From NCBI GenBank assembly GCA_032718475.1, contig JAUCBJ010007700.1:51063-115062 (forward strand): DNA of 64,000 nucleotides, read 5' to 3'. A program made the position numbers and the translations under genes. Within the stretch, counting starts at the first letter, position 1, and each line of letters opens with the position of its first letter. The notes below the pieces were generated by a model. That model was not told the DNA's origin, did no database searches, and saw only the letters and a list, made by a program, of their open reading frames with translations. The DNA is from Nemertoderma westbladi. Its lineage: Eukaryota; Animalia; Xenacoelomorpha. Shown here in pieces: positions 11,101 through 21,360 of the stretch.

Positions 11101-12873
11101 CCGGAACCGGGAACCCCACGACGCGATAGTGTTCATCAGTTCCGCGGTTTAAATCGTCCATTAAAACCCAATGAATACGAACCCCACAGCCAACCCCGCC
11201 CCGGGGGTAGCCAGGCTCACATGCTCGAGCGACGCGGTGCCGTTCCTCTGCAGTACAACGTGCCACCGCCGCCGATATTGGCGGGAATTCCTCCATTTCC
11301 TTTTGGCAATCCGTTGTTTCCGCCACCCGGGCCTCTCGCGAACATTTCATCCGTTTCTACGGACGCCAGGACCTCGGGAAAAACTGTGAAATCTCGGTAT
11401 GAATCGAGGAAAGAATGGTCTCACACCCGGCGAGATAATATGGCGGCGAACAAGAGTAAGGCTTCCGCTAGAGAACACGATAATGTTGAGGATGGGAGGC
11501 GGGGGGTCCCACCATCTTGGGACAGCGATTTGTTCCGGCATTCCTCCAGTTCCGTGGTCTCTGACCATCGGCTTCGGAAAGCGAGTGCAGGCGAACGTCC
11601 GGGGTCGAGGGAAGGCCGGAAGCATTGGGAAGAACCGGGGATTTACGGTAGCGATGGGAGTCGTAGAGGGCGTGGTCACCGTGACGACGAATTCTATCTG
11701 CAGGCCGAGGCGATGAGAGCCGCCGAGCGGTTGTGGGAGGTTAAACAGCAGGAGAAGGACGATCGGAAGGGCCACAAAACCGAGAGTCTTAAGATCACCG
11801 TGGACAACCCGAGGGCGCACAAACGGCATAGGTCTAGTCCGCGTCGGCGGAACCGGGACGGTGATAAACGGAAGGAATCCGCTTCGCCAACCATCGAGGA
11901 GTTTGCTAGGAGCATCGCTTTCCCCAAGGTCTCCTTGGATGTTAAACACTTGCTGCATCGGAAGAGGAGGAAACATAGTAGGGATAGGTCGTCGGAGCGC
12001 CGACGGAAGTCGCCGCAACGCCGTCGGAAGTCGCCCGAACGTCGTAGGAGGTCGCCTGAACGTCGACGCCGTTCCAAGCGGAGTCCTAAAACGGAGGAGA
12101 AACTCCGTCGGTTGATCGAACGGGAGAATCGGATGAGAGATGAAGGAATCTATTCGCCGATACTATCGGAGAACTCGAGCGCCGATGGAGATATCGAGCC
12201 GCTGTCCAAGTTTAAACGACGACTCGAACAGCTGGCTGATCTCAGCAAGGGGCGGTCGGAGCGACGGCGGAGTCGGGAGAGGAATCGTTCCCGGGATAAA
12301 CAACGCCTTCGAACTATCTCTTCGTCCCCGTCGGAAGATAGTCGACGCGACGACGGGGAGCGGGAGCGTCTCGAACGGGTCGAGATGTACCACAAAACTA
12401 TCCGCGAGAGGATTAAACAGATCCGGGATGAGATGGAGGCGAATAAGGGACGAGTGCCGAGTCCCAGCTTGACCCCGAAGGCGGATGAAGCGAAATCCGC
12501 CACGCCAGCAAACTCCAAGCCCGCTGCGGATTGGTCGTCGTTTATTTTATCCAACGCGCCACCAGCTACGCAACAACAGGTGTCTTCTGAATCTGCTTCT
12601 CAAGCCCCAGTCGTTGTTTCATCATCTAACGTGCCATCTTTCCCCCCTCCTGCCAATCCTCCCCCCACTCCCCCCTACGGCTTTCCCCCGACCATGTACT
12701 ACGGCTCAGCCGGGGGGCCCGCCCCGTACTACAACCCCCTCACAGCGCCCCCTATGTACCCCCCCACGCAGTATCCCCCGCCCCCTAATGCATACTATCC
12801 TACATACCCTCCTTCGTACCAACCCGCACTCCCCCCAAGCGCCGGTATGTATCCAACATATACCTACAAGTAA
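8131..12873 (+). CDS. 1580-aa largely disordered protein: Arg/Ser-rich regions, internal DDTSRDSQKA repeats, Pro/Tyr-rich C-terminus; family not recognised
   Basis: 4.7-kb uninterrupted ORF in AT-rich surroundings. The 3' half is GC-rich like the other genes here. SPERRRRSP-type RS repeats are present. Confidence 0.8.
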   Translation: MSNRRYNRSRSPRRSPDPYDIVAESRQHKDYTNNSRRLREHSDSPLTGYRNTYYQTETDPSQDILEQPGCSNEWGSPSRNYKPKRNKHSFPIPVPGVNDKEMFEEFWKQFRDDDNLLSLYLSREHSSCFASHMEFNEYILSYRMFADRMLVDLRPELYDTVYDCSLAPSLDPTYDFEHKSPDIFDEFLRHQEQVDHDRLSRHNRYSHLDDSGLRESIPRDTSFSLTPSEDESKAREHFKYGNESFQHVTRGIRRRRSHEPYHSEPQTRYGGLDSRGSSYRASKSRDAKRKSDNNSHHHKSRDHEHSDKSRENKHGSDKSRIYKHGDKSRDNKHGSGKSSDNKHGDKSRNNKHGSGKSYVRAQICDTEDKPRHNNTRRRESHRVDQKSHVSKEIDQKPCDSKQDDDTSTSHDSKKANIALPDSQKADDTSRDSQKADDTSRDSQRGDDTLRDLQKADDTSRDSQKADDTSRDSQKASDTSRDSQRGDDTSRDLQKADDTSRDSQKADDTSRDSQRGDDTSRDLQKADDTSRDSQKADDTSRDSQKADDTSRDLQRADDTSRDSQKADDTSRDLQRGDDTSRDLQRADDTSRDSQKADDTSRDLQRGDDTSRYLQKADDTSRDSQKADDTSRDSQRADDTSRDSQRADDTSRDSRKPDDTSGESREADTACPSKHGFEIQQETSHEAESNKNEESSEDKHDSDIGQDDVIHISDCRKPVDVILINDDNNQEDGSISHNSTESVVKVDESNGNKCDSDYLDQNKLIALSDSKESTNDTGCLKEGVSASDDIAVNAEKVSPSHAEPTVTTADGVAPSQFASDDVIESSEFVMDSTKTPNSNTVTPTLAKDESAKNSQTQDKNLTLYSVDNNCRSVDVQSESCAVESASVSEEKSKPKQDEIPANSTSSKSDKMSSSKPVSEKSSAEGKKRSVNGSRKLNKSSRDNPRSSISAGKLRLRHPRPRSRDEDRHGKSRNKLRSSDRDFLSGSPDITPSPEPGTPRRDSVHQFRGLNRPLKPNEYEPHSQPRPGGSQAHMLERRGAVPLQYNVPPPPILAGIPPFPFGNPLFPPPGPLANISSVSTDARTSGKTVKSRYESRKEWSHTRRDNMAANKSKASAREHDNVEDGRRGVPPSWDSDLFRHSSSSVVSDHRLRKASAGERPGSREGRKHWEEPGIYGSDGSRRGRGHRDDEFYLQAEAMRAAERLWEVKQQEKDDRKGHKTESLKITVDNPRAHKRHRSSPRRRNRDGDKRKESASPTIEEFARSIAFPKVSLDVKHLLHRKRRKHSRDRSSERRRKSPQRRRKSPERRRRSPERRRRSKRSPKTEEKLRRLIERENRMRDEGIYSPILSENSSADGDIEPLSKFKRRLEQLADLSKGRSERRRSRERNRSRDKQRLRTISSSPSEDSRRDDGERERLERVEMYHKTIRERIKQIRDEMEANKGRVPSPSLTPKADEAKSATPANSKPAADWSSFILSNAPPATQQQVSSESASQAPVVVSSSNVPSFPPPANPPPTPPYGFPPTMYYGSAGGPAPYYNPLTAPPMYPPTQYPPPPNAYYPTYPPSYQPALPPSAGMYPTYTYK
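9391..10110 (+). repeat. In-frame 30-bp coding minisatellite, about 24 units
   Basis: Unit GATTCGCAGAAAGCTGATGATACATCACGT with few variant positions and no frame-breaking indels. Confidence 0.97.
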
Positions 12874-13515
12874 CTCAATTAATAGAGATGTACGTCTATT
12901 AATGATAATAGCAAATGAAAATGGCAAAGCAGAATTGAAATTATTATATCTGCGTACTTTTTTAGAAGGAAGTAAAAAACTTATCAATTATAAATTCGCA
13001 AACTTATGAACTTAACTAGAAAACAAACTTAAAAATATCCATTAATTAATTAATTATACCGTATTTTACGTAGGTGTACCTACTGACTGGGTCGTGCATA
13101 TTGGAATCTTTTTAGTTTACTTTCAGTTTACTCTCTACCTGCACCGCACCGGAAGTAGCCTTACATACGTGGGATGTAGTTACATTTGGTGGCATCGAGT
13201 AGGATATTATTATCAAATGGTTTTAAACGACCTTCTTAGACAACAACAATCATATCTTTGATAACCAGGTTTAGTACACAGTCGGTGGTGCTGCCAAAAA
13301 ATTACATATATATACAATTATTATTAGTAGTATATCATATTGTTGTGATGATAATTGTCTTAGAATTCTCACTATTTAGGTTATTAACTGGTCTGGTCGT
13401 GGGATGTAAGAGTTAGAATTTGTATTTTAGTTGTTAGGTATATATGCTGTCCATATTGATTGGTACATAATTATATTATTGTATGCATCACGTTCCTAAG
13501 CTAGTAAATGGGAAA

Positions 13516-13612
13516 TTACAGCCACCACGTACCGTTTAATATGATGCGCCACTTATAATGTTACAGCCACCACGTACCGTTGAATGTGATGCGCCACTTA
13601 TAATGTTACAGC
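13516..13612. repeat. 45-bp tandem duplication
   Basis: TTACAGCCACCACGTACCGTT... starts at 13516 and 13561. Confidence 0.9.
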
Positions 13613-15250
13613 TACAACAAGTCAAACTATTTGTATTTGGCATTATATTATTTTTATAATACTTTAGTGCATTTTTGGTGATGTCCAGTAAACAAACCAC
13701 TAACTGTTGGGGTTTCCTGTCTGATTTGTGTTGCTAATCTTATTCTAACATTGAATAATAAAATAAATAATTTATCTTTAGTCTCAGCAACGGATGGTAC
13801 AGTACTCTACTGTTTAAATAATTTTGAAATTCTGTACGTTATAGGCCTATATTAATTTGTATTTTTAGTATTTTTATCCAATTCAATAATATCAAAATGG
13901 TAATAATAATAAGATGTTAGGCTGGCGGGACTTTTAAATTCCATGACTTCTGGTTTCGCTATGTGTAGTGTTGTTTTGGTGTTTCCATATCAATACATTA
14001 TTACTAATAATAATACTACACATATTCCCCTCTCATATATTTAATAATATACAACTTAGTTTCGTGTTCTCTTATTTGTTGGTATTTTAACTTTGGTTTT
14101 CATGGTTGATTTCTGTAACCCCTTTTCAATTTAAATTCAATTCAAAGTAACAATAAATGTATTATTTGTTTCTTTATCAATATAATATCAAACTGTAGGC
14201 TTACGTAGTTATTAACTACTACAGGTACCATCCATACAATCAATATGTTAATAAAATGTTGACTAATTCCTGTATTGTTTCTGTATTTAGTAAAAGCAAT
14301 TTATATATCTTATAGTAGTATCCTACTCCTACACAATTACATGTCTTTTCGTGATTATTTTGAGTGATATCTACACGAAAGTTGGTAAGTACAAGAGATA
14401 TAGTTCCACTGCTTAGCATTCAATACATGTCTCATTCGTATTTATGTGTACCCTGTGCTAATTGATGCTAAATCTGTTCTGGTGGAATAAGAATATATTG
14501 AACCCAACATTAATTACTCGCTTCTTTAATTTTCATCCGGGTTTTGGGTATTATAATATACATTCTTTAGCGCAGACTTGTACATTGTACTCCTACGGGA
14601 GGGTAGTGCGTGTAATATTGATAAATTGGGATATATATATATACAACGGGAGTTACAAATATCATTAACTCAACTCCACATATTTGGACTGGTCGGATAT
14701 GGAATGATACCAATCTGTGAACACGACCTTTGGTTTTGTCTGCGTTATTTACTCAACTTTTATCCTAGAAGATTGTGGCGGCACAATAAAACTCAATTAT
14801 CGCATCGCAATAAACTAATGATATCGGTATATATAGTCGGGAATTTGCATGTTTATGTTGTGCAAAATGTTTTTTTTTTGTTTCGGTTGTTAATTATAAT
14901 TAATTAATAATACAGAATTCCCTTTTGTAGATTTTTTTTTTTTTTGAAGTTATAAACTATTTGTCTGTAGAAATTATTTCAGTCTAATCCTAAATTTGTT
15001 CTCGAACGCGAATAACAGAACACAATTTTTGTTTCATCAGCTTTTCTATCAATGATTGTTAATTTCAATTTCATAATATACATTTTCAGTTACAAAGTAG
15101 TTAGGTATTTAATTAATTTTATTATATATTTTATTCAAATATTTTTGTTATAAGGTTGCAACTTAATTTTTTTTAATCCGCATTTTTGATAATTCAGGTT
15201 TATCTCTCGTTATTCTCAAAACCACAAATGCAAAAGTTTTCATATATTAT

Positions 15251-15540
15251 TAGTCGGAGACTGGGGGGGGGGGGGGGGGGGGGAACTAGACGCAAATCCC
15301 ATCTTGGCGAATATATTAAATTAAATTAAATTAATTTAGAATTAAAGAAATTATTAAAATTAAAGAAAAATTAAAGCGAATTAAATTCTCAATTTAGGGA
15401 AAGGAGCAGTTTACTTTGACAAGTTATTTTAACCAAAACAATAAACTAAACACAATAGAACAGGTTACAGTTATTTGCGTCCAATTTCCCCTGGACAGGG
15501 ATTAATTTTTATTGCGTCCAGTTTCTCCCCTATCTGATTA
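15251..15540. mobile_element. Degenerate MITE
   Basis: Imperfect inverted ends: TAGTCGGAGACT(G)n AACTAGACGCAA versus TTGCGTCCAGTTTCTCCCCTATCTGATTA. Confidence 0.5.
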
Positions 15541-16793
15541 GTCTACCTAATTGTTTACAGTGGTTACCTCGCAACGCCCAGTATGTTACAAGGCTATACC
15601 CTAACAGATAAAAGTTTACAAATAAATATCGGCTGTGGTTTTAGGAAAAACGAACTTCATAATGAACATAATTGTGTTCAAGTTGAGTTTGAATTATTTC
15701 GTTTATACAAAAAAATATTATTAGATCAACATATTTATAATTCTTATTTCATTAGAACGTAATAGTTCGTATTAATTAGTACAGCATCCCTGCTAAGGCA
15801 GGCTGCAGCGCAGCTGTAACAGCTATTGGTGAGAATATAGTAGTCTATCTACCAGTCGCATTTCCATCTGTATGAAATAAATAAATTTGATTGGGGATGT
15901 CGTTCCTTCGCTACGTATATCATACGTTCAATATGCGAGCCAAATTTTTAACAAATTTAATAAAAATAGGTTAGACAGTGCCAAATTTTTTTTTTTTTAA
16001 TTTTGCTTATTTATTGTGTATTTTATATATTAAAACGTTAAAAATATAATTTACAATTTGGCACTACAGTACAATATACTATACCTTTCCGGTATCCTTA
16101 AAACCTGGTTTTTCACTTTACGATAGTTCGAGGTTTCTTTCTTCTTTAAACTCGGTGGGTTGCCTCTCAGTTTATTACGAAGCTGTGGACATCAGCTACT
16201 GTTGGAGTTCCTCAACAATTCTTTACATTCTACTCAACCCAACCGTAGTGGGAGGTGTGCCCGGGATTACTCTTCTTGCTTCACGCCAACAACCACTTCA
16301 TACTGTGTGTCCTTTTATGTTCAGAACCACTTTGATATTTCATGCATTTTTTAGCATTATTATAAATCTCATTATTACAGTTATTAGTTATTACATGCAT
16401 TATTTCAAATTTTTACCTTAAAAAAACATTGAATAATAAATTTCACTATTATTAAGAACTAAAAAAAGGTAAAATTACTTTTTTTGTTTATACATAAATA
16501 AAACAGTATTGAGTATGTCACGTCAGATTAAGATCTATAAAATTCATTTACATTATTAATAATTTACGTTTTCAATGTTCGTTCTATGTAATTTTGTATT
16601 TATTTAAAACAATTATAATATCTTTCTTTCAAGTTCTTAGAATAATTTATCATTTTGATTTGAAGTTATATAATTTCCTTTAATCGCTGATATTTTAACT
16701 TTTACTCACTGCAGATTTCTCCTGAGGTTCTTAATTTTTCCAGTTATCTTTCAGGTGATTTCGCAGCTTTTTTACAGGTCCCATTAACCAGGA

Positions 16794-19010
16794 ATGGATT
16801 TCTCTGAGTTCGACAAATTCCACAAGTTCATTTTAAAGTGTATAGAACAAGCGGGTGACGTCACATCGGTGTCTAATAGATTCTCGGATCTCCAAAATGA
16901 CTCCGATAGAGTTGCCTTCGTATCTCGACTCGATTGTTTGCCCACCGCCATCTTCCCAAACCCGCCTCCCTCCACCGAGAAGTCATCGCAACAGGCTAAA
17001 CGTCTGCGAAACCTAGGAAACGAATCCTACAACAAAGGCCACGACCTGAAGGCCTTACGATTGTACAACGATAGTATTTGCGAGGCGTTACACCCGCCCG
17101 GGGACCACGAAATCGCGGATTCCTCGAACTCGGTCGCTAACTCGATAGATTTCGAGGAGTTGTCCCTCGCCTTGGCCAACAGATCCGCGGTCTTTTATCG
17201 GATGCGCGAATGGCAGGATTGTGTGTCGGACGTCGACTCCGCTATGTCTGTAGGCTACCCCGATCACCTGGTCTACAAGATTCTAGAACGCAAATCGAAA
17301 AGTCTCCACGAGTTGGGGAAATGTTGCGAAGCCGCTGAGACATTTATGGAAACTTTTAAATTCCTAAAATTATCTTCTTTGGATAAAAGTAAACGGAGAC
17401 GTTTCGAGGCCGAGTGTCAATCATTGTCCGACCGCTGTAGGTCGGAGACCGTCGTACCGGAGCAGGACGAGTGTAGCGAGTTGATTAGCGGGTCCGTCGT
17501 ACCGGATGTAGAGCGTCTTCCCCCGATCCCCGCTTGCTCCGTCAACGTGCGACTTGGTTTCTCCCCGGATTGCGGGCGCTACCTGTACGCGGCCGGCGAC
17601 GTCCGCGTCGGTGAGGTGTTGGCCGTGGAACCCGCCTACTCCCACTGTCTGCTGCCCGCCCACCTCGCCACCCACTGCTACCGCTGCTTCCAGCCCACCC
17701 GCGCGCCCGTGCCCTGTTTCCGCTGCGCCCGGGTGCGTTTCTGTTCGGCCCACTGTCGGCGATCCAGTTGGCGCGCCGGGCACTCGGTGGAGTGTCCGGC
17801 CCTGTCTCGTCTCCTATCCTCCGATTCCGGGAAGTTAGCCCAACTCGCGTGGTCAACCCTGGTTTACACCGGATGGAATTGTTTGCGACGTTTTATGGGC
17901 CCAAATTCCTCGTTTGATTACAAATTCAACGCCAATGAAATTGATATTGTATCTTCGGAGTTTCTCGATGTTCCTAAAAACTTTATGGATAAAACATTAA
18001 GAGGGTTTAACACGTCCGGGCAATATCTAAGCAGTGACTTCCTTCCTGTACATTGTTTGGTAACCAATAGCGACAAGCGGTCTCCGGGTGACTTGTTTGA
18101 ACGAGCGCTCATGGCTTGGTATTTGGTGCAACTATTGGAAACTACAGATTTCTTTAGTGACGTCACCCCCACAAATCATGACGTCACTGATAATGACCTA
18201 GAGGCACTTCCGGTTAATCAGAGACCGAACCGCGCCGTGTTTATTGGCGGGTTGTTCCTCACGCTGCTGCAGAACCTGCCGTGTAACGCTCACGATATCT
18301 CGCATTTGTTCGTCCCGTGGGAGACCCCGGTAGACTCAGAGGCCACCGAGCTGGGGGGCGGGGTCTACCCCCTCCTGAGTCTCGTCAATCACAGTTGCGA
18401 CCCCAACATCGCTCGCTTCTACTACGGGACAACGGCGGTGGCGCGCGCGATCGCCCCCATCAGGGCGGGCCAACAGATAACCGACAACTACGGCTACCAC
18501 TACGCGCTCACCGATAAACCCACGCGCCGATCGCAGTTGAACAAACAGTACTACTTCTCGTGTAGTTGCCTCGCTTGCGTCAACGATTGGCCGCTATTCG
18601 ATAATCTTCCTTCGAGCGCCCCCGAGTTGCTATGCGATTGCGGGGTACCCTTCGGGGGGTCCGGTTCACGTTGCCACGGTTGCCAAATAACTTTCAACCA
18701 ATCAGACGACCGGAAGGCTTTGCTCGCCTCTCAAGCGAAATTTAGCGCCGGTTTCAATTCGATTCTAGCGGGGCGTTTTGGCGATACTTCGGTTATTTCG
18801 TCGTTAGAGAACCACTTAGATTTGCTGCATCGCCGGGTTAAACGGCCCTGGCGGGAGTTGAATGTCTGTCAGGAAGCTTTGAAACAATGTTACGGTGTGG
18901 AGGCCTCCGCTTACATTGTTTCCACGACAACGTGTGCAAAGTGTAACGAATGTAAAGTGATACTTCCTTATTCTAAGTCCATGTTAAACACTGCAACAGA
19001 TAACTCATAG
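16794..19010 (+). CDS. SMYD4: SET and MYND domain lysine methyltransferase, SMYD4-like (738 aa, single coding exon)
   Basis: N-terminal TPR (LRNLGNESYN...LALANRSAV), GRYLYA SET start, MYND zinc finger (CYRC..CFRC..FCSAHC..H..EC), NHSCDPN, DNYG and post-SET CSCLAC. Confidence 0.92.
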   Translation: MDFSEFDKFHKFILKCIEQAGDVTSVSNRFSDLQNDSDRVAFVSRLDCLPTAIFPNPPPSTEKSSQQAKRLRNLGNESYNKGHDLKALRLYNDSICEALHPPGDHEIADSSNSVANSIDFEELSLALANRSAVFYRMREWQDCVSDVDSAMSVGYPDHLVYKILERKSKSLHELGKCCEAAETFMETFKFLKLSSLDKSKRRRFEAECQSLSDRCRSETVVPEQDECSELISGSVVPDVERLPPIPACSVNVRLGFSPDCGRYLYAAGDVRVGEVLAVEPAYSHCLLPAHLATHCYRCFQPTRAPVPCFRCARVRFCSAHCRRSSWRAGHSVECPALSRLLSSDSGKLAQLAWSTLVYTGWNCLRRFMGPNSSFDYKFNANEIDIVSSEFLDVPKNFMDKTLRGFNTSGQYLSSDFLPVHCLVTNSDKRSPGDLFERALMAWYLVQLLETTDFFSDVTPTNHDVTDNDLEALPVNQRPNRAVFIGGLFLTLLQNLPCNAHDISHLFVPWETPVDSEATELGGGVYPLLSLVNHSCDPNIARFYYGTTAVARAIAPIRAGQQITDNYGYHYALTDKPTRRSQLNKQYYFSCSCLACVNDWPLFDNLPSSAPELLCDCGVPFGGSGSRCHGCQITFNQSDDRKALLASQAKFSAGFNSILAGRFGDTSVISSLENHLDLLHRRVKRPWRELNVCQEALKQCYGVEASAYIVSTTTCAKCNECKVILPYSKSMLNTATDNS

Positions 19011-20719
19011 TAACGATGGGTTAAGAGTATAGAACATCTTTATTGTTTTACAATTACGATAAAGTGTTTTCTCAGGTATATTGCGGCAGATATCGGTGTC
19101 ATCTTAATAATGCTGGATTATAAATGGTTATTTTTTAGTACTAATTCATTAATGTGTTGTGTTTTTACATAATATTTGACTAAATCAATTATATGTTCTA
19201 TGGAAAAATGCTCAAAATAATTATTACTTTATTGTTGCAAAGCTGCATTATTATTAAATATTATATAATATAAAAATTACTATTGCTTATTCTTATGAGT
19301 TTATGTATTTTTAATGTTTTAGCTAAAGGGACGCGCGGCAATAAACTACCATACATCTCAGCGAACAGTTATTACGCGGCTGGTTATATTGGATTTCGAG
19401 TTAGCAATATTTTGAGTTAGCAATATTCTAGTTTTGGAACTTTATATAGAAACTTATCACTTATTATAGTTAGCGTGCTACGTAATTCGCAAACACCCCC
19501 CCCCCCCCCCCCCCCCCCCCCACACACACTAACGCAGATATTTGGAAGACAGCTGTAGTATAATTATCCTTTCCGCTGTGGCTCGCAATTTGACTCGCCC
19601 CACAGTGTTTTTCTAAGGGTTGCCACTCAACTGGAAAACCTGGAATAGTCAGGGAATTTCATTTGTTCTTGAAATGTCAGGAAATTCTTGTAAAAAATGA
19701 ACAAATCAGGGAAAAGTTAGTGAATGTGATGCGGGAAATGTGGCATAAGCAAAAATGTATAAGAAAAATATTCTTAAATTGTTACTTATTAATTTTGTTT
19801 AGACCAAAATCAGGAGGAAAATTTTCACTTTTGTAACCCATAGGATTGCATTGATTTTACTTTTTTTCCCGGCGAAAAAAAGTAAAATAAAATATTTTTG
19901 GTGAGATTCCTTAAATTTTATTGAATTTGTTGAGAGAGCATCGACGTAAAAAAGGTTTGCAAGTAATTTGAGCAAATTCCATGAACGCACTCAAAAGTTA
20001 TTGCAACTTTAGTGTCTGCGGGGCGTACACCAAAACGGAACTCAATATCCAATATTGGTTTATGTACCGGCATGTAGTTAAGCGGTTACGTAATAAATAT
20101 TCGTGAACACTAAATTATTTAACATTGAGTAAGGCAACATCGAGAGTTGAAGAGTGTACTGTATTTTGAATTGCAGTAACTATGGAAGCAATATATAGTA
20201 TAATACTATAGTTCAATTTATTTTGTACCACTATATCGCGGCCCTTATATTCCAAAACCGTGTATCTCAATTTTTGGCATTTTGAGAAAATGGCCAAAAA
20301 CCATTCCGGTTTTTTATGGTTATTCATTTTAATTTGTTACTGGGATTAATTCGGGAAATTTCCATATTAATATTCAATATAGGGTAAACGCATGTGCCGA
20401 ATCCACCTAAGGCAAAATTAAGGCGTGAAAATAAAGGGAAATATGTTAAAAATACCATAGTACACCGATAGTACACCATAGCAGGTATTGGTCAATATAC
20501 TTGCGCCGCACACATGTAACTTTTTTTGGATCAAAATCGGCTAACTCATTTTTTATTCTTCAAAACCAGCTATATTTTATATTTTATTTTTTAACAAAAC
20601 CGTTTATCTCTATGTTTGAATATAAAAACTTTTATTTTATTAATTAATAATTACCATTAATATTGAAAACCACAATAAACTACAATTTGTGGTAAGGGAA
20701 TAAAATAAAATGAACAGTC

Positions 20720-21070
20720 AGTTTAATGTAACGATCAGTTTAATACAATTTATAGTTTAATATAATGTAGATCAGTTATATACAAATATGAGTGTAATAC
20801 ATAGATCGGTTTATACAAATATGAGTTTAATACATAGATCAGTTTTATACAAATTTGAGTTTAATATATAGAGCAGTTTTATACAAAGATGAGTTTAATA
20901 CATAGATAAGATTTAATGATCAGTTTTTACAATTATGATGAGTTTATAGCGATCAGTTTAATACAATTTATAGTTAATTAAACAGTTCAGTTTAAACAAA
21001 TATGAGTTTAATACATTGATCCTTTTTATAGAATAATGAGTTTAATAAATCGATCAGTTTTATTCAATAC
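20720..21070. repeat. Degenerate AT-rich tandem repeat of about 33-35 bp
   Basis: Recurring GATCAGTTTTATACAAATATGAGTTTAATACATA variants. Confidence 0.8.
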
Positions 21071-21074
21071 AGAT

Positions 21075-21323
21075 CTACTCATTAGCTAAAGGGTGATCGT
21101 AGCCACTATTAAAGTCTGTTTGTGATTGTTTCGATGTCATCGATAACCAGAAAGACGATCTGTTTCCTGGCATGAGATTAACAAGTTTCTTTAGGATAAT
21201 CTCCTTCTTTGCTGTGTTAATTCCCCGTACACCTTCTTTCTTCTGTGGAATTTCTGGGTGATACCTCTCTTGAAGGAATTCTACAGACTTCTCTGCTTCT
21301 TTGAAGTCTCTTTTATACACCAT
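21075..21323 (-). pseudogene. C-terminal remnant of a Sola1-type transposase
   Basis: RGINTAKKEIILKKLVNLMPGNRSSFWLSM resembles, from memory, the I..KK.....L..L.P.....F(W/Y) tail of Sola1 transposases and lies inside the TIR element. Confidence 0.55.
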
Positions 21324-21360
21324 AGGTAATCATGCAAACTTAGATCATTGGTTAGAACAT

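Noticed and set aside
10713-13009. Numerous short antisense and alternative-frame ORFs over the GC-rich coding region (likewise over SMYD4, MOB4 and Numb)
   Set aside because: Expected stop-codon scarcity in GC-rich coding DNA; no independent motifs.
15262-15283. Long G or C runs here and near 19496, 33139, 34931 and 41960 as G-quadruplex signals
   Set aside because: Several are expanded homopolymers in MITE or transposon termini, and their lengths are unreliable in assemblies.
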